A program made the translations under genes and the position numbers. Shown in pieces: positions 33,170 to 44,079 of a stretch of DNA of 45,672 nucleotides (the first letter of the stretch is position 1; the number at the start of each line of letters is the position of its first letter). The stretch comes from a virus: positions 1 to 45,672 of the IMG/VR virus record IMGVR_UViG_3300001203_000001, one strand, 5' to 3'. The notes under the pieces were generated by a model. It ran no database searches, was not told where the DNA came from, and worked only from the letters and a program-made list of their open reading frames with translations.

Positions 33170-35634
33170 ACAACAGAGTTTAACTTATCTAAGGAGGCTT
33201 GATTTAGTTCGAGTCCTTCCCATTCTTTTTGGAGGTTCTTAATAAATGCCTCCTTGCTTAAATCTCCTCGGATGTAGTCATCATAACCTCGTCCTCGTAG
33301 GAGTTCAGAGAATAGCCTATCCTGTAACTCAGGGGTAAACTTCTCTTTACCAGTTAGTCCAAGCTTAGACTTGAGGCTTCTTAAGGTTTTACCTACGATC
33401 TGGTATCTACCCATTGGTGTAGCGACTCTACCAACTTCCTTTTTACTAAATTTTCCGTAGTCTCCTTTTGGAGAAGAGAACTCTAAGAGTTCATCGACAG
33501 TCTGCTCAGTAATCTTGGTGCCCGAGAAGGATTTTCCTTCTTTCTGGGAGAATCCTAGTAGGGTATCGTAATCACCTGTACCGCCTGTCTCCCCTATATC
33601 AATAGCTTTGGCCACATCAGATTGGAAAGCAGTTAACACATTCTTCTCTAGTGATGGGGGTAGGAAGTCGATACTTGTATCATCATCCAATGACGCGGCC
33701 TCTGTTCCATCAGTATCCCCTAGTCCAACTAATCCCTTTACTTTATCTCCAATAAAAGAGAACATATCTGGGGTATTATCTTTGTTTAGGTTGGTGCTTA
33801 AGCCATCGAGTAGAAGAGCGATACCTTGCTCAGGAGACAACCCTTGAGTTTCTAGAATAGGAGTCATTTGGGCTAACGCAGAGTTAAGAACTTCTGTTGA
33901 TTCTTTTAATCTCTGTGTAGACCAACCTTCTCGTAAGACTCGGATACTATCTACGGATTGAATCCCACTTGATTCAAATCTACCTTCATCAATTGTTACA
34001 TTTAACCTACCATTAGAAATATTTACATTGGTGAACTTACTAAAGTCTACGTCTTGAGACAACGTGTTAGCAGCAGTACGAAACTCGGGGATAGACATAA
34101 ATCTATCCATAGCGGAGTCGAAGTAAAGTTTCTGCTCCTCCTGTCCCAAACGCTTGACTTGTTCTGTGACTGTAGGGGAAAATAATTTACCAAATAATTG
34201 TTTATACTCAGAGGGTTGAATTTGCTTAAAGATATTACCTTCAGAAGAGTAATCTCCGTGGAAGGAATTAATCAAATTTTTCACTTCCGATTCAGTAGCT
34301 GAACCAGATTCAATAATCCCTATTTGGTCATTAATCAAAACATTAATAGCCTCACCTTTTTCTTCTGCACTATTAGTGGTAGAAGCAATCTCCGAGATTT
34401 GTTTATCAAGTTTGATATTACCCAGAGCAGCGGATGCTGAAATTTCTTTAAGTAATTCTTCACCGGCAATACCATACTCTGTATTAAACAAATACTCACC
34501 AGCAGCAGGGGATACCTCACTGATTGCAAGAACATTCCGTACTGTAGGATTTTGAATAAGGTTATTAACCACAGATTCCTTAGAGATATTATTCTTACGA
34601 AGCATTATTGTAGCAAGACCAAAGTCTTTATTATCAATTAAAGATTGTAGAGAATCAAAAGGTGCCAGTGATTCTTCAATCATCTGGTTAACCTCAGAAG
34701 AACTCTTACCAAGCTTATAGTAGTCACCCTTACGTGCAACTTCCAACAAACGCTGCTTAGTTGCTTGCTTATTCATTGCAATGTTTTGAGATAACTGAAC
34801 AACTTGCTCTGGGTCAAACTCTGTCTTACCTGTAGAGATATCTCTGATTAAAGACATAGTTTTCTTAGAATCAAACCCCATACCGTTATCAATACTAGTG
34901 AGGGCTGCACCAACTTCTTGAGAGAACACAGACGATGCTGTTTCTTTGAATTGTTCTTCCGTTAATGTATTTTGTTTAGACATCAGAGACAGTTGAGTAT
35001 TCTGTGCATCTACACTCTTTTCAGAAAACTCTGCTTGAGCAACTGCCGACCGAACTTTTTCCTCTGAGAAAGAATCTGGGTCAGACCAGAATGCTCCCCC
35101 AAAGGCTTTAGTAATGTAGTACGAATTCTTATCTACATACTTCTGCCAAGATGATGCGCCCTGTACTTGTTGTCTTTCGTGAGCTTTTACTTCACTAAAC
35201 AAAGCATCTCTATAGGCATTAGCAGGACGAGTACCTGTTATGTTCTGGACAATAGAATCAATCTCTTTTTCATATCCGCTGTATTTAGATCGTAGGCCTT
35301 TTAACTGGCTCGCCATACGTCCATAATAATATGTCTCCGAGATTCGTCCTTGAGAGTAAGCCTTAGCCAGTTTTTCCAAACCCTTAGACTTCCTTAACAT
35401 CTCTGGTGGCATAGTATCACTAGATACGTTGAATTCATCATTTAATGATTCAAAACCATATCTGGCATCTTGTTCTATGTTATCCTTTATCTTACTATCC
35501 ACAACACCGAGTACTTGACCAGCAGTGTCAGAGACTCCTGAGATAATATTACCTAGTGTAGAATCAGGCTTGAAGCCCCTAGAAGCTCCAGTCTGATTTA
35601 GGATACCTGTGTCTGTGATATTTTTATTCGCCAT
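33166..35634 (-). CDS. internal virion / ejection protein with a C-terminal lambda-R-like lytic transglycosylase domain
   Basis: 822 aa, last gene of the leftward arm. The C-terminus (DIGETGGTGDYDTLLGFS ... PMGRYQIVGKTL ... FTPELQDRL) resembles the EGT..YD..G / GRYQ motifs of the lambda lysozyme family. Confidence 0.6.
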   Translation of the reverse strand: MANKNITDTGILNQTGASRGFKPDSTLGNIISGVSDTAGQVLGVVDSKIKDNIEQDARYGFESLNDEFNVSSDTMPPEMLRKSKGLEKLAKAYSQGRISETYYYGRMASQLKGLRSKYSGYEKEIDSIVQNITGTRPANAYRDALFSEVKAHERQQVQGASSWQKYVDKNSYYITKAFGGAFWSDPDSFSEEKVRSAVAQAEFSEKSVDAQNTQLSLMSKQNTLTEEQFKETASSVFSQEVGAALTSIDNGMGFDSKKTMSLIRDISTGKTEFDPEQVVQLSQNIAMNKQATKQRLLEVARKGDYYKLGKSSSEVNQMIEESLAPFDSLQSLIDNKDFGLATIMLRKNNISKESVVNNLIQNPTVRNVLAISEVSPAAGEYLFNTEYGIAGEELLKEISASAALGNIKLDKQISEIASTTNSAEEKGEAINVLINDQIGIIESGSATESEVKNLINSFHGDYSSEGNIFKQIQPSEYKQLFGKLFSPTVTEQVKRLGQEEQKLYFDSAMDRFMSIPEFRTAANTLSQDVDFSKFTNVNISNGRLNVTIDEGRFESSGIQSVDSIRVLREGWSTQRLKESTEVLNSALAQMTPILETQGLSPEQGIALLLDGLSTNLNKDNTPDMFSFIGDKVKGLVGLGDTDGTEAASLDDDTSIDFLPPSLEKNVLTAFQSDVAKAIDIGETGGTGDYDTLLGFSQKEGKSFSGTKITEQTVDELLEFSSPKGDYGKFSKKEVGRVATPMGRYQIVGKTLRSLKSKLGLTGKEKFTPELQDRLFSELLRGRGYDDYIRGDLSKEAFIKNLQKEWEGLELNQASLDKLNSVV

Positions 35635-38600
35635 TTAGACTTTCCTGTAGTTTAATTCTCTGTTTAACATCACGTTCATAACGTTGCATGATCGAGTCTG
35701 TTAAGTTTTGGGACTTCATTGCACGTCTAGACATAATTACTAATTCTTTATTAGTAAAGCCCCCACGTACTCCAATAGCCTTGATTTCAGAAAATAGTTT
35801 CTTTCGGATAGAGTAGTCTTCCGATTGGAGAGCCTTCTTATACAAACTAGTCATTTCTTTTTCTAGCTTTTGTCTGTGCTCTTTAATATCTTTCATTGCC
35901 CCTATACGATTAAATGTATCAGAGACTTCTTGAGGAGAAGTACCAGTTAAGAACTTAGTCAATCCTTCCCACTCGTTCATTTCGATAATTTCAGTACCAT
36001 TCTTAGATACCCATTTACCTACATTGGTAGCCTCGTACAAAGCAATAAAGTTGTTTACCGTACTAATATTACGGAATGGTTTCACAATGTCTGACGCAAG
36101 TATAGGGTAAACAGTGCTATCGTCTAGATCAATACTATGTTTGATACCCTTTATGATAGGAGCCAAATCAGAACCAATCTCAGAAATAATACTACCTGAC
36201 GCTCCAAGCATTAATTCAGAAAACTCTGCGTCTCCTCTAAAGTAATCCCACACGTTTTCATAACCAGCAGGGCCAAATGATGATGATACATCAAAGTCAG
36301 TACCAGTGACATACTCCCCTAAACTAGATAACAACCCGTCAGTTAAGACTTCATACCATTCCTCGTCTGGGTCAACTCCAGATTCGATTAACTGCTCTCT
36401 AATCATTTCCCTGAACGGTATCGGTAAAGCCATAGAAGCCCCTACAGGTAAACCGTAAAGAAGGGATACACCAGAAAACAACCTAGCCTTCTCAGAAGGA
36501 GTCAGCTTAGCGGCAGAACCTGATGTCAACATCTGTTCGGATAACCTAAAGTTCCAAGAATAGAACTGTGTTACTAGAGCAGAATAACCTTTTTGCCATT
36601 GGGAGTTAGTGTTACGGGTCATGTTAGCTGTGAGGTCTTGTGCTCTTTGTAGGATTAAAGCCTCAGCTCTTCTATCAAGCTTAGCCCCAGCTTTCATGCC
36701 ACGTAACGTCCCTGATTTAAACTCACTATAAGCAGTAAAGAACCCTACCTGACGAGCAATTTGCTCTCCTGTATTAAAGAATACTGCCCCTTTATTTAAA
36801 GTATTTTTTACTCCAGCCTTTAATCCTGATGTAATATCTGGAGATTTAAACTGGTCCATATAAGCTACATCTTGACCTACCTTGAAAAACCCTGAGTTTT
36901 TAAATAAATCTAAAGCCTCAAAGAATTCATCTTCTTTCCATAAACCACCAGTTGTTTTATTAACTCTTTGGAATACTTGTTTAGCAATCTTAGGGTTGGC
37001 ATTACGAACCACCATAAAAGTCGGAATACTAGCCATTGACTTTAATCCTGCTTTAGGTGATATAGTAGCAGCTAGTAGAACAGCAGAAGCCTGTAGTGGC
37101 AACTGTCGGAAGTTAAGGAAACCCATCTTAGATTGGAAGGCAACTGATCTCATATACTGATCTACATTTGTAATAGATGGCAGTAGTCGTTCCTCGACGA
37201 TAGCACCAGACTTCTTTCCTAAAGTACTAGATACAGAAGCTAAGATACGTTCTTTCTTCTGGGCTAAAATCTTCTCAGGGAGTGTTCTGAAACCATTAAG
37301 GTTCACAACTGCATGACGTACACCCTCAGCTTTTTTAACACGCTCAGGGTCTGCACCTGCTTTATATCTTGCTTCGTATAAGTAAGCAAACGGGTTAAAA
37401 TCAAGTTCATTAGAGTTTTTATAATCTAAGATATCTGCAAACTCCCGTGTAAAGTCCGAAGCACTCTTGATTTGATAATCATTCATAACTCGAGTACGAA
37501 GCATATTAGATGTAGATTGGGATACAGTTGACATAGGGTCTAGGAATTGATCTTCGTCAAGCCTAAATACTGTACCACCTTCCTCAACAAGAGTGTCGAT
37601 AGTTTGAGCATCACGCTCACCCATGAATCTACCTGTTAAGTTGCCTACTAAAGAGTGCTCACTACTTGTAGTGTCAACTAGATTATCGATACCAGAAGTA
37701 TCCATATTGTCTAATGTTTTTTGACCAGCTCGTGTAGCACGAATAGGTATATCAGGGTTAATCGCACCTGATTTAACCTTGTTCATAAATGACTTATAAC
37801 TAATCCAAGGGAGGTTGTCATCAATAAATGACTTCAAGCCCTTGTCTTTGTTTTTAAGCATTATCCGTGCTTGATCGAACAACCCTGCGATTTCCTCGGC
37901 TTCTTTGATTGTACTAGCATTAAATAGAGTAGTATCACCTGTGTACCAGTTAGTACCTTCTCTATTTTTGATCTTAGCTTGTTTACCATAGAAACCATGA
38001 CGGTAGACTCTGTGTCCACCGGGCCTGTAGTTAATATTCTGTAGTCCTACTGGATTACGTTTAAACCCTTTAGTTAAATAGAATGTACTCTCTCTAGAGT
38101 TTTGGATGATTTTGTAGCCTTGAGATAACAACTTATCAATCTCAGCTTGTTTTAGAAACTTAGACGATAGATTTTTAACTCCACCTTTAGGGTCAACTAC
38201 CTTCACTCGGAATGGTGAATGAGACCCAACAGGTAGTTTATCTACTTGTTTACCCTCAATCTCAATTTGATCTTTATCAACCTTGAAAGAGAACTTCTCA
38301 ATACCCATACGAGATTTTTGCTTAAACCAATCAAGGTCTCGAATCATATAATCCAAGTCGTTGATTTGGACATAGGTAAAGTAGGCATCTACCTGATTTT
38401 CTGTAGGTAGTTTACCGAATTTATCAACAAATTCTGTTTCTAGTTCTTCAACATTTTTAAAGAACATACCCGGTGCCTGATCCTTCCCATTGGAAAAGTC
38501 ACGGTTTAATTCCCAGATTTTATTAAGCTCTTGTTTGTCTGACTTACTCAAACCTTTTCTTAGAGGCTCCGTAGCGTCTACAAACATATCAGCTAGGTGT

Positions 38601-40264
38601 TCCTGAGTCTGTACAGCAACAGCACGGGCTCGTGCATTACTTTTAGACACTAAGTAATCTGCACCACGCAAGAAGTTCCTCATAGGAATAATCCCATCAG
38701 GGGTAATACTATCTAAAGGGATTTCTAAATCTCTAGCCTTAGTTTCATCTAAAGGTCTTTTGATTTCCACATAGTGTCCATCCCCATTAGATTTAACTTC
38801 CCAAGTATCAGTCTTAGGCTTTAGTTTTTTAGCCGCAAAGTTTTCTGCACCTTTTTTCGTAGCGAATAATGTACCATCCGTACGACCAAACTGGATTGCT
38901 ACTTGATATGCATTAGCTTTATTTTGACTAGCTTCTTGGACTACATCATCTACACCTGATACATTAATAACAGATGATCTAATATTTGGGAAGATGTCCT
39001 TAACAGCGTCTGCTGTATCATCAATTAATTCTGCTAACTCTTCGTCAGTAAGCCTCTCAACTAAATTTTGGTGATTAAGAATTTTCTCCATAGTCGCTGT
39101 ACGAGTCATGGCAGCAGCCTTGAGTCTCTCAACGGCTTGTCCGTCCATACGCGAAGAACCCTCAAACATCTTACCCGGAGAAAAGATGGAAGGTAGAGAA
39201 ATTTCGATGTCTTTGTTTTTATTTAGTTTAAAGAAAGAGCCATCTTTAATATCTTCCGCAACCTTAATAGAGGAAGACTTAGCGTTCTCTCCTAGTTCAG
39301 CCAAGACTTTACTTGCTTCTTTAGGATTAGTGGCGGCTAACTTAGCCCCTTTAGCAGCACGACTCGCTAATCGGCCAACCATACCAACAGGGATAAATGA
39401 TGCTGCATCTACAACACCAAAAGCATTGTCCATCCACTTATCAGAAGATGAATATTCTGTTACACCCTTCAAAAAGGCCTGTGCATCAAGGATATTTGTG
39501 TCGTAGAGCTTGTCTAGAGCCTCCGTGAGAGTTGTTTTAAACTCCTCTGGGGGTAAGGTAAACAAATAACTATACTGCTCCTCTAGGTTGTCCCCAGGGA
39601 TTATACTTGTTGTCTCAGAAAAGATGTCATGGACATTATATGCAGACTTAAATGGCACCATTTGTTCTAAAAAAGCTTGGCCGTAGGAAAGGAAGCCTTC
39701 TTTCTCAAGACGTGCGTTTGTTTTCTCAGACAGATCGTGAACCACAAGGTTCCTAGCTGTTTGAAATTCTGCAATATCTAAAGCATCATTAAATTTATTA
39801 CTATCTTCTTGTTGTGCATCCTCAACATCATCAAAAGACATAGCTAGATCAGACTGAAATTGCTTAGCATATTCAGTTTCTAAGATCACATCTAACGCTG
39901 GTGATGATAATTGGCTTGAGGTTAAGCCACGAACAATCTCAATAGAATCTTCAGTGACATCACCTTGTGCGATCTCACCAATAAGAGAGACCTTAAGAGA
40001 TTCCTCCTGTATATCCTTTTGTTGTTTTAGTAACTCTCTTTGCCTATTCTCATAACCACTATCGAAGTCAGCTTTAATTGAGTCTGTCCCCGGAGAAACT
40101 TCTCCTAGAGCATCGTGCATCATTAAAGCTTTACGACTTCTATTCTCTTCTGTGTCTACTTCTGTAGGTTTTACATCAGAGAAGATTGGTGGTAAGATAT
40201 TAGTCGGTGATTTTAAATCAATCAAGTAATTAACCTTTATTAAATAATCTAGTTCCTGCTCCAC
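35624..40264 (-). CDS. giant internal virion / ejection protein (T7 gp15/gp16 positional analogue)
   Basis: 1546-aa uninterrupted ORF between a gp14-like gene and the transglycosylase-containing gene. No enzymatic motif recognised. Confidence 0.65.
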   Translation of the reverse strand: MEQELDYLIKVNYLIDLKSPTNILPPIFSDVKPTEVDTEENRSRKALMMHDALGEVSPGTDSIKADFDSGYENRQRELLKQQKDIQEESLKVSLIGEIAQGDVTEDSIEIVRGLTSSQLSSPALDVILETEYAKQFQSDLAMSFDDVEDAQQEDSNKFNDALDIAEFQTARNLVVHDLSEKTNARLEKEGFLSYGQAFLEQMVPFKSAYNVHDIFSETTSIIPGDNLEEQYSYLFTLPPEEFKTTLTEALDKLYDTNILDAQAFLKGVTEYSSSDKWMDNAFGVVDAASFIPVGMVGRLASRAAKGAKLAATNPKEASKVLAELGENAKSSSIKVAEDIKDGSFFKLNKNKDIEISLPSIFSPGKMFEGSSRMDGQAVERLKAAAMTRTATMEKILNHQNLVERLTDEELAELIDDTADAVKDIFPNIRSSVINVSGVDDVVQEASQNKANAYQVAIQFGRTDGTLFATKKGAENFAAKKLKPKTDTWEVKSNGDGHYVEIKRPLDETKARDLEIPLDSITPDGIIPMRNFLRGADYLVSKSNARARAVAVQTQEHLADMFVDATEPLRKGLSKSDKQELNKIWELNRDFSNGKDQAPGMFFKNVEELETEFVDKFGKLPTENQVDAYFTYVQINDLDYMIRDLDWFKQKSRMGIEKFSFKVDKDQIEIEGKQVDKLPVGSHSPFRVKVVDPKGGVKNLSSKFLKQAEIDKLLSQGYKIIQNSRESTFYLTKGFKRNPVGLQNINYRPGGHRVYRHGFYGKQAKIKNREGTNWYTGDTTLFNASTIKEAEEIAGLFDQARIMLKNKDKGLKSFIDDNLPWISYKSFMNKVKSGAINPDIPIRATRAGQKTLDNMDTSGIDNLVDTTSSEHSLVGNLTGRFMGERDAQTIDTLVEEGGTVFRLDEDQFLDPMSTVSQSTSNMLRTRVMNDYQIKSASDFTREFADILDYKNSNELDFNPFAYLYEARYKAGADPERVKKAEGVRHAVVNLNGFRTLPEKILAQKKERILASVSSTLGKKSGAIVEERLLPSITNVDQYMRSVAFQSKMGFLNFRQLPLQASAVLLAATISPKAGLKSMASIPTFMVVRNANPKIAKQVFQRVNKTTGGLWKEDEFFEALDLFKNSGFFKVGQDVAYMDQFKSPDITSGLKAGVKNTLNKGAVFFNTGEQIARQVGFFTAYSEFKSGTLRGMKAGAKLDRRAEALILQRAQDLTANMTRNTNSQWQKGYSALVTQFYSWNFRLSEQMLTSGSAAKLTPSEKARLFSGVSLLYGLPVGASMALPIPFREMIREQLIESGVDPDEEWYEVLTDGLLSSLGEYVTGTDFDVSSSFGPAGYENVWDYFRGDAEFSELMLGASGSIISEIGSDLAPIIKGIKHSIDLDDSTVYPILASDIVKPFRNISTVNNFIALYEATNVGKWVSKNGTEIIEMNEWEGLTKFLTGTSPQEVSDTFNRIGAMKDIKEHRQKLEKEMTSLYKKALQSEDYSIRKKLFSEIKAIGVRGGFTNKELVIMSRRAMKSQNLTDSIMQRYERDVKQRIKLQESLNGE

Positions 40265-40685
40265 CCGGAGAGAAATTGCTAACCCCCATTTGTCCTAGAG
40301 AACTTATCCCTGAACCTAATGCAGACATAGATTGTCCACTTGCAATATCCGAATTAGCTTTAAATATACCAGCACCGATTTCTTGGCCTTGGTTAATTCC
40401 AAGTAGGTTAGAAGACGACTGAGAACTAATATGCCCCATAGTACCTTGGAGACCTGAGCCACCTTGACTACCCTGAGCTGTAGCCCCTGATAATGCCTGA
40501 CTACGAGCGATAACCGCCTGTCTGACGACTTTACGACGCTCTCTGCTCGACTCTAGGTCTGCTTGACGCTTCCGTAGTGCTTCTGATCGACGAGAGGCCT
40601 TAGCAGCGTCTCTTTGACCCTTTACTTGTACCCCAACACCTACTGCTGTAGCTGCAAGTGCTAGTGCTAGAAATGGAAAAGCCAT
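40230..40685 (-). CDS. internal virion protein, membrane-anchored and Gly/Ser-rich (gp14-like position)
   Basis: N-terminal TM helix FPFLALALAATAVGVGV, a basic coiled segment, then a G/S/Q-rich tail. Confidence 0.55.
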   Translation of the reverse strand: MAFPFLALALAATAVGVGVQVKGQRDAAKASRRSEALRKRQADLESSRERRKVVRQAVIARSQALSGATAQGSQGGSGLQGTMGHISSQSSSNLLGINQGQEIGAGIFKANSDIASGQSMSALGSGISSLGQMGVSNFSPGGAGTRLFNKG

Positions 40686-42766
40686 TAAGGAGCTCCTTCT
40701 TCTGAGTTAAAGGTTGCCCAACCGATGATCTCAAATGGTTTACCATCTTGGGAACTAAATTTGAATTGTAGACTATGGCCTGAACCCCGAACCCTTAGAC
40801 GACTTTTTAGATAGTCAAAACCATCCTTACGTCTATAGATTTGCTGTTTTGTTGTCTCTTTAGAAGACGCTGTGCTATTACTATAATTCCAAATACCTTG
40901 TACATAGCACGACGAGTCATATATGTACTTACTATAAACACTTAGATAGTGCGCTTGGAAATCCTTCAGCATCTGACCTTTAATCTTATAACCCGTGGTA
41001 AAGTTACTGTTGAATCCAAACCCATTTAGTTCGTCCTCGAAGTCTTTATACGTTTCGTTGTTGAACTCACAAAATGTTAGTGCTGTAGGAACAGAAGAGG
41101 TTTGTGGAAGTTTGACTATATATTTATAAGAAAAGCTTCCGCCAGAAGAATTATAAGTCGGCACTGTTATTAACCCCAAAATCTTAGGGTATTCAATTTC
41201 ACCATAGGATGGGAATGAAAATGGATAGAAGGCACTACTAAGAGTATTAAATATTAAAGCTTTGTCATAATTAAACACACCGAGTTCTATATTAGAAGAA
41301 GATGTATTTTCTTGGCTATGATACAACCATGTAATAGTTTTATCAAGTCTGTTATACCAACCCTTGGCTACCGTTACTGATGCGTTAGGTATAGTATCAT
41401 AGTATTGTTGTACAGTGGTTTTACTCAGACTTTGAACGATAAGTCCTCCACCCTCAGCAGACTGTACTCTATAGATACCATCATAATTCCAAAAATAGAT
41501 AGGCCCTTCAGTTTCTACGATACTTGTTTTAGAAGAAGTTGGAACCGTTGATATTTTATTAATACTGTAGTCACTAGCCTTAAAGTCACTTCCATCAGAA
41601 GCTCCTGAGACAGACCACACACCATTGGTAGCGAACACAAGAAGGAAGCTACCCACAACTCGTAAATCAATAATCTCGTTTATCTCAGGGATTTGAATTA
41701 CCCCACCATCAGAATCTAATAAATCACTTAAATCTTCTGTGGTAGGATCGTTACTTTGGTAGCAATCACCGTACTGACCCTCCTCTTCGATAATCTGAGA
41801 GAAGTAGATTTTGTGTGAGTATGAGTCTTCCTGAACCCCTGCGTAGAAAACTCTACCTGAGAAAAAGGCAATTGAGGATGGTCTAGAGTCTGTAGCTTGA
41901 GTAGTTATCCCTGCTATACCAGATACAGACGACCTGTCTTGATTAAACGCATCAAGAAGGAAGTGGCCACGAGATGCTTTGGTATTACCAGTTTCAATAC
42001 GACTAAACAAAGAGCTACTTAGTTGGTCGTTAGAATCTTTAAATAAAAACCATACGTCTGAATTACTTGGAAAATCTGATCTATTACTATCCCAATAATC
42101 AACTTTAGTCCCACTAGGGGAACCTTGGCTCCCATGCCACCCTTGGTTATGGATATTATACTCATGTGCACTAGTTAAGGCTGAGGGTCTTTCATCAACA
42201 GGTAGTTGATCGTCAACCCCCTCAAAATCTCTAATCTGTACTGTAATACTTTGGACAGTAATATCATCTAACACGGAATCATATGAAACTGAGATTGGTT
42301 CACAACTACCATGTGATATAAACAACCGTCCAAACCCTGAGGTAAATGATACAGGAGATTTTCGAATTACTGAATCTGGAGTCCCAACAACTTTATAGGT
42401 TCTTAGATCAATTGAAAACGTCTTCTTTAATTGTGACAAACTTGTGATATCGTTTTCTTGAGTTTGATAAAACGTAATTGTTTCCCCAGTTTGTAGAACC
42501 AGAAACTCAGTACTCCCAGACGTAGAGACAGTCTCCCATAGATACTCCCTAGTAAATCCGTCATCAAGTGTTAGAGAAGAGTAAGGGACTTTTTGATAGT
42601 TTGGTTCGTAGGCCAATCCTTGTCGTCTACTAACTTCACCTCGCTCACTAAAAATACAGTTGTCCGCCTCCACCACAGAATTCTCTGGAGAGTTAACACC
42701 TGTTACTTCTGTGACTAAGCCACCAGAGAAATTGTTTTGGACTTCAACACCGTAATTACGTGGCAT
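40685..42766 (-). CDS. tail tubular protein B / nozzle (T7 gp12-like)
   Basis: 693 aa, positioned after the gp11-like gene. Size and order match T7 gp12. No motif verified. Confidence 0.55.
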   Translation of the reverse strand: MPRNYGVEVQNNFSGGLVTEVTGVNSPENSVVEADNCIFSERGEVSRRQGLAYEPNYQKVPYSSLTLDDGFTREYLWETVSTSGSTEFLVLQTGETITFYQTQENDITSLSQLKKTFSIDLRTYKVVGTPDSVIRKSPVSFTSGFGRLFISHGSCEPISVSYDSVLDDITVQSITVQIRDFEGVDDQLPVDERPSALTSAHEYNIHNQGWHGSQGSPSGTKVDYWDSNRSDFPSNSDVWFLFKDSNDQLSSSLFSRIETGNTKASRGHFLLDAFNQDRSSVSGIAGITTQATDSRPSSIAFFSGRVFYAGVQEDSYSHKIYFSQIIEEEGQYGDCYQSNDPTTEDLSDLLDSDGGVIQIPEINEIIDLRVVGSFLLVFATNGVWSVSGASDGSDFKASDYSINKISTVPTSSKTSIVETEGPIYFWNYDGIYRVQSAEGGGLIVQSLSKTTVQQYYDTIPNASVTVAKGWYNRLDKTITWLYHSQENTSSSNIELGVFNYDKALIFNTLSSAFYPFSFPSYGEIEYPKILGLITVPTYNSSGGSFSYKYIVKLPQTSSVPTALTFCEFNNETYKDFEDELNGFGFNSNFTTGYKIKGQMLKDFQAHYLSVYSKYIYDSSCYVQGIWNYSNSTASSKETTKQQIYRRKDGFDYLKSRLRVRGSGHSLQFKFSSQDGKPFEIIGWATFNSEEGAP

Positions 42767-43016
42767 CTTTTACTTTCTTGTATTTAATCGTAGGGCGATC
42801 ATCTTTTTTGGTTTGTTCTTTTTCTTTATCATCAATGTAACTAGTGATAACATAGTAACCATCTTTAGGGCTCACGAAACTACCTCTTAGTGCTTCTGGG
42901 GTTGTCCCCTTTTCTAGTGAAACTTCCCACAAACCATATGGGTCAATACGATTAAGAATGGCTCTAACACCTTTGTATTCCATACGCCTCTGATTTTCTG
43001 TAATAGTATCAAACAT
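42756..43016 (-). CDS. hypothetical protein
   Basis: 86-aa ORF coupled on both sides. Confidence 0.55.
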   Translation of the reverse strand: MFDTITENQRRMEYKGVRAILNRIDPYGLWEVSLEKGTTPEALRGSFVSPKDGYYVITSYIDDKEKEQTKKDDRPTIKYKKVKDAT

Positions 43017-43771
43017 TATCTGCCGTAACCTTTATGTTTTATAATAGCTGCTCTTGGATCAGTTCTATCCTTATTCTTTTCGGATAAAATCCTATGCCTA
43101 CGTTCTTTCTTTTCTGCTTTAGAATTTACTGTTTGTTTGATTTCAACAAAGCATTGAGCTTTAGCTGATTGTAGTAGTAGCTGAAATTGTTGAGCATCAA
43201 GATCAGGAACAAAAGTATCTTCAAACTTAAACTTCGGTATCCGAGACCCAATACATGATACTCTATCTCTAGTTAAAGTATCTTCTTCTCGATTATCGAA
43301 AGCATCAAATAAGACAGTAGAGTCATCTGGGGTCGTCCAAACAGTTGGGTGATGATTGTTATTGTACTTAAACTCAAAACTATCCCCATCGATATCTACG
43401 TACATATTACCAACAGTTTCATTTGTAATATCTAAGGCGTTAGTCATTTGCATAAATTGATGATACGGAATATAGCATACATCTTGGTAGTTTGTATTCT
43501 CTAATGTACCTATATTGTATTGTAGTGTGATAAGTTCTTGGACATTATCAGGTAGATACATTACTGTGGGTTTTAGATCGGACTTAGATGGTTCCAATTT
43601 GAATAAAGTATCATGCTCTTTTAAATTAGCTGATGTAACAATATCGTAGTAACATTCTTCGATTACTGTGGCTACATCCTGTGACTCGACTGTATCTGCA
43701 ATTGTATTGACTTCATCACTACCCATAGAGGAAAGAATCTTCTGAGTCATTTTTAGTAATGTATACTTCAT
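43016..43771 (-). CDS. tail tubular protein A / adaptor (T7 gp11-like)
   Basis: The N-terminus (KILSSMGSDEVNTIADTVESQDVATVIEECY) resembles the gp11 N-terminal pattern I.N.ML..IGE.PLNSLDD. Confidence 0.55.
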   Translation of the reverse strand: MKYTLLKMTQKILSSMGSDEVNTIADTVESQDVATVIEECYYDIVTSANLKEHDTLFKLEPSKSDLKPTVMYLPDNVQELITLQYNIGTLENTNYQDVCYIPYHQFMQMTNALDITNETVGNMYVDIDGDSFEFKYNNNHHPTVWTTPDDSTVLFDAFDNREEDTLTRDRVSCIGSRIPKFKFEDTFVPDLDAQQFQLLLQSAKAQCFVEIKQTVNSKAEKKERRHRILSEKNKDRTDPRAAIIKHKGYGR

Positions 43772-44079
43772 TATAACTCCTTTAGGATTTCTTCAATTTG
43801 TAGATCAATCTTTATCAACTGGGTTCTAAGTTCTGAATTTCTTTCTTTGCAATCAACTAATCTATCGTAGTTTAAATTATAAAATTCTACAATTTCTGCT
43901 TTAGTTAGGATTCTATCTGGTACAGATACTGGGCCTAAACACTCTCTTAGAATACGCTGATCTATTAGTGGCCTGTCAATTGGGGTAATAATTGGTACGG
44001 GGTTAGTCGCGCAAGAACTTACCATCAATGCCAGAGGTGCCATGAGGATCAGGCTCTTTGTAAAATTCTCTAAGAACAT
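43771..44079 (-). CDS. outer-membrane lipoprotein spanin component (o-spanin)
   Basis: Signal peptide with lipobox MVSSC. It overlaps the i-spanin gene by 77 nt in a different frame. C-terminal coiled coil. Confidence 0.6.
   Translation of the reverse strand: MFLENFTKSLILMAPLALMVSSCATNPVPIITPIDRPLIDQRILRECLGPVSVPDRILTKAEIVEFYNLNYDRLVDCKERNSELRTQLIKIDLQIEEILKEL

Noticed and set aside
33608-39506. ORFs 33608..33847(+), 34335..34535(-), 36882..37160(+) and 39108..39506(+) within the ejection-protein genes
   Set aside because: They are embedded in very long uninterrupted minus-strand ORFs and have no independent support.
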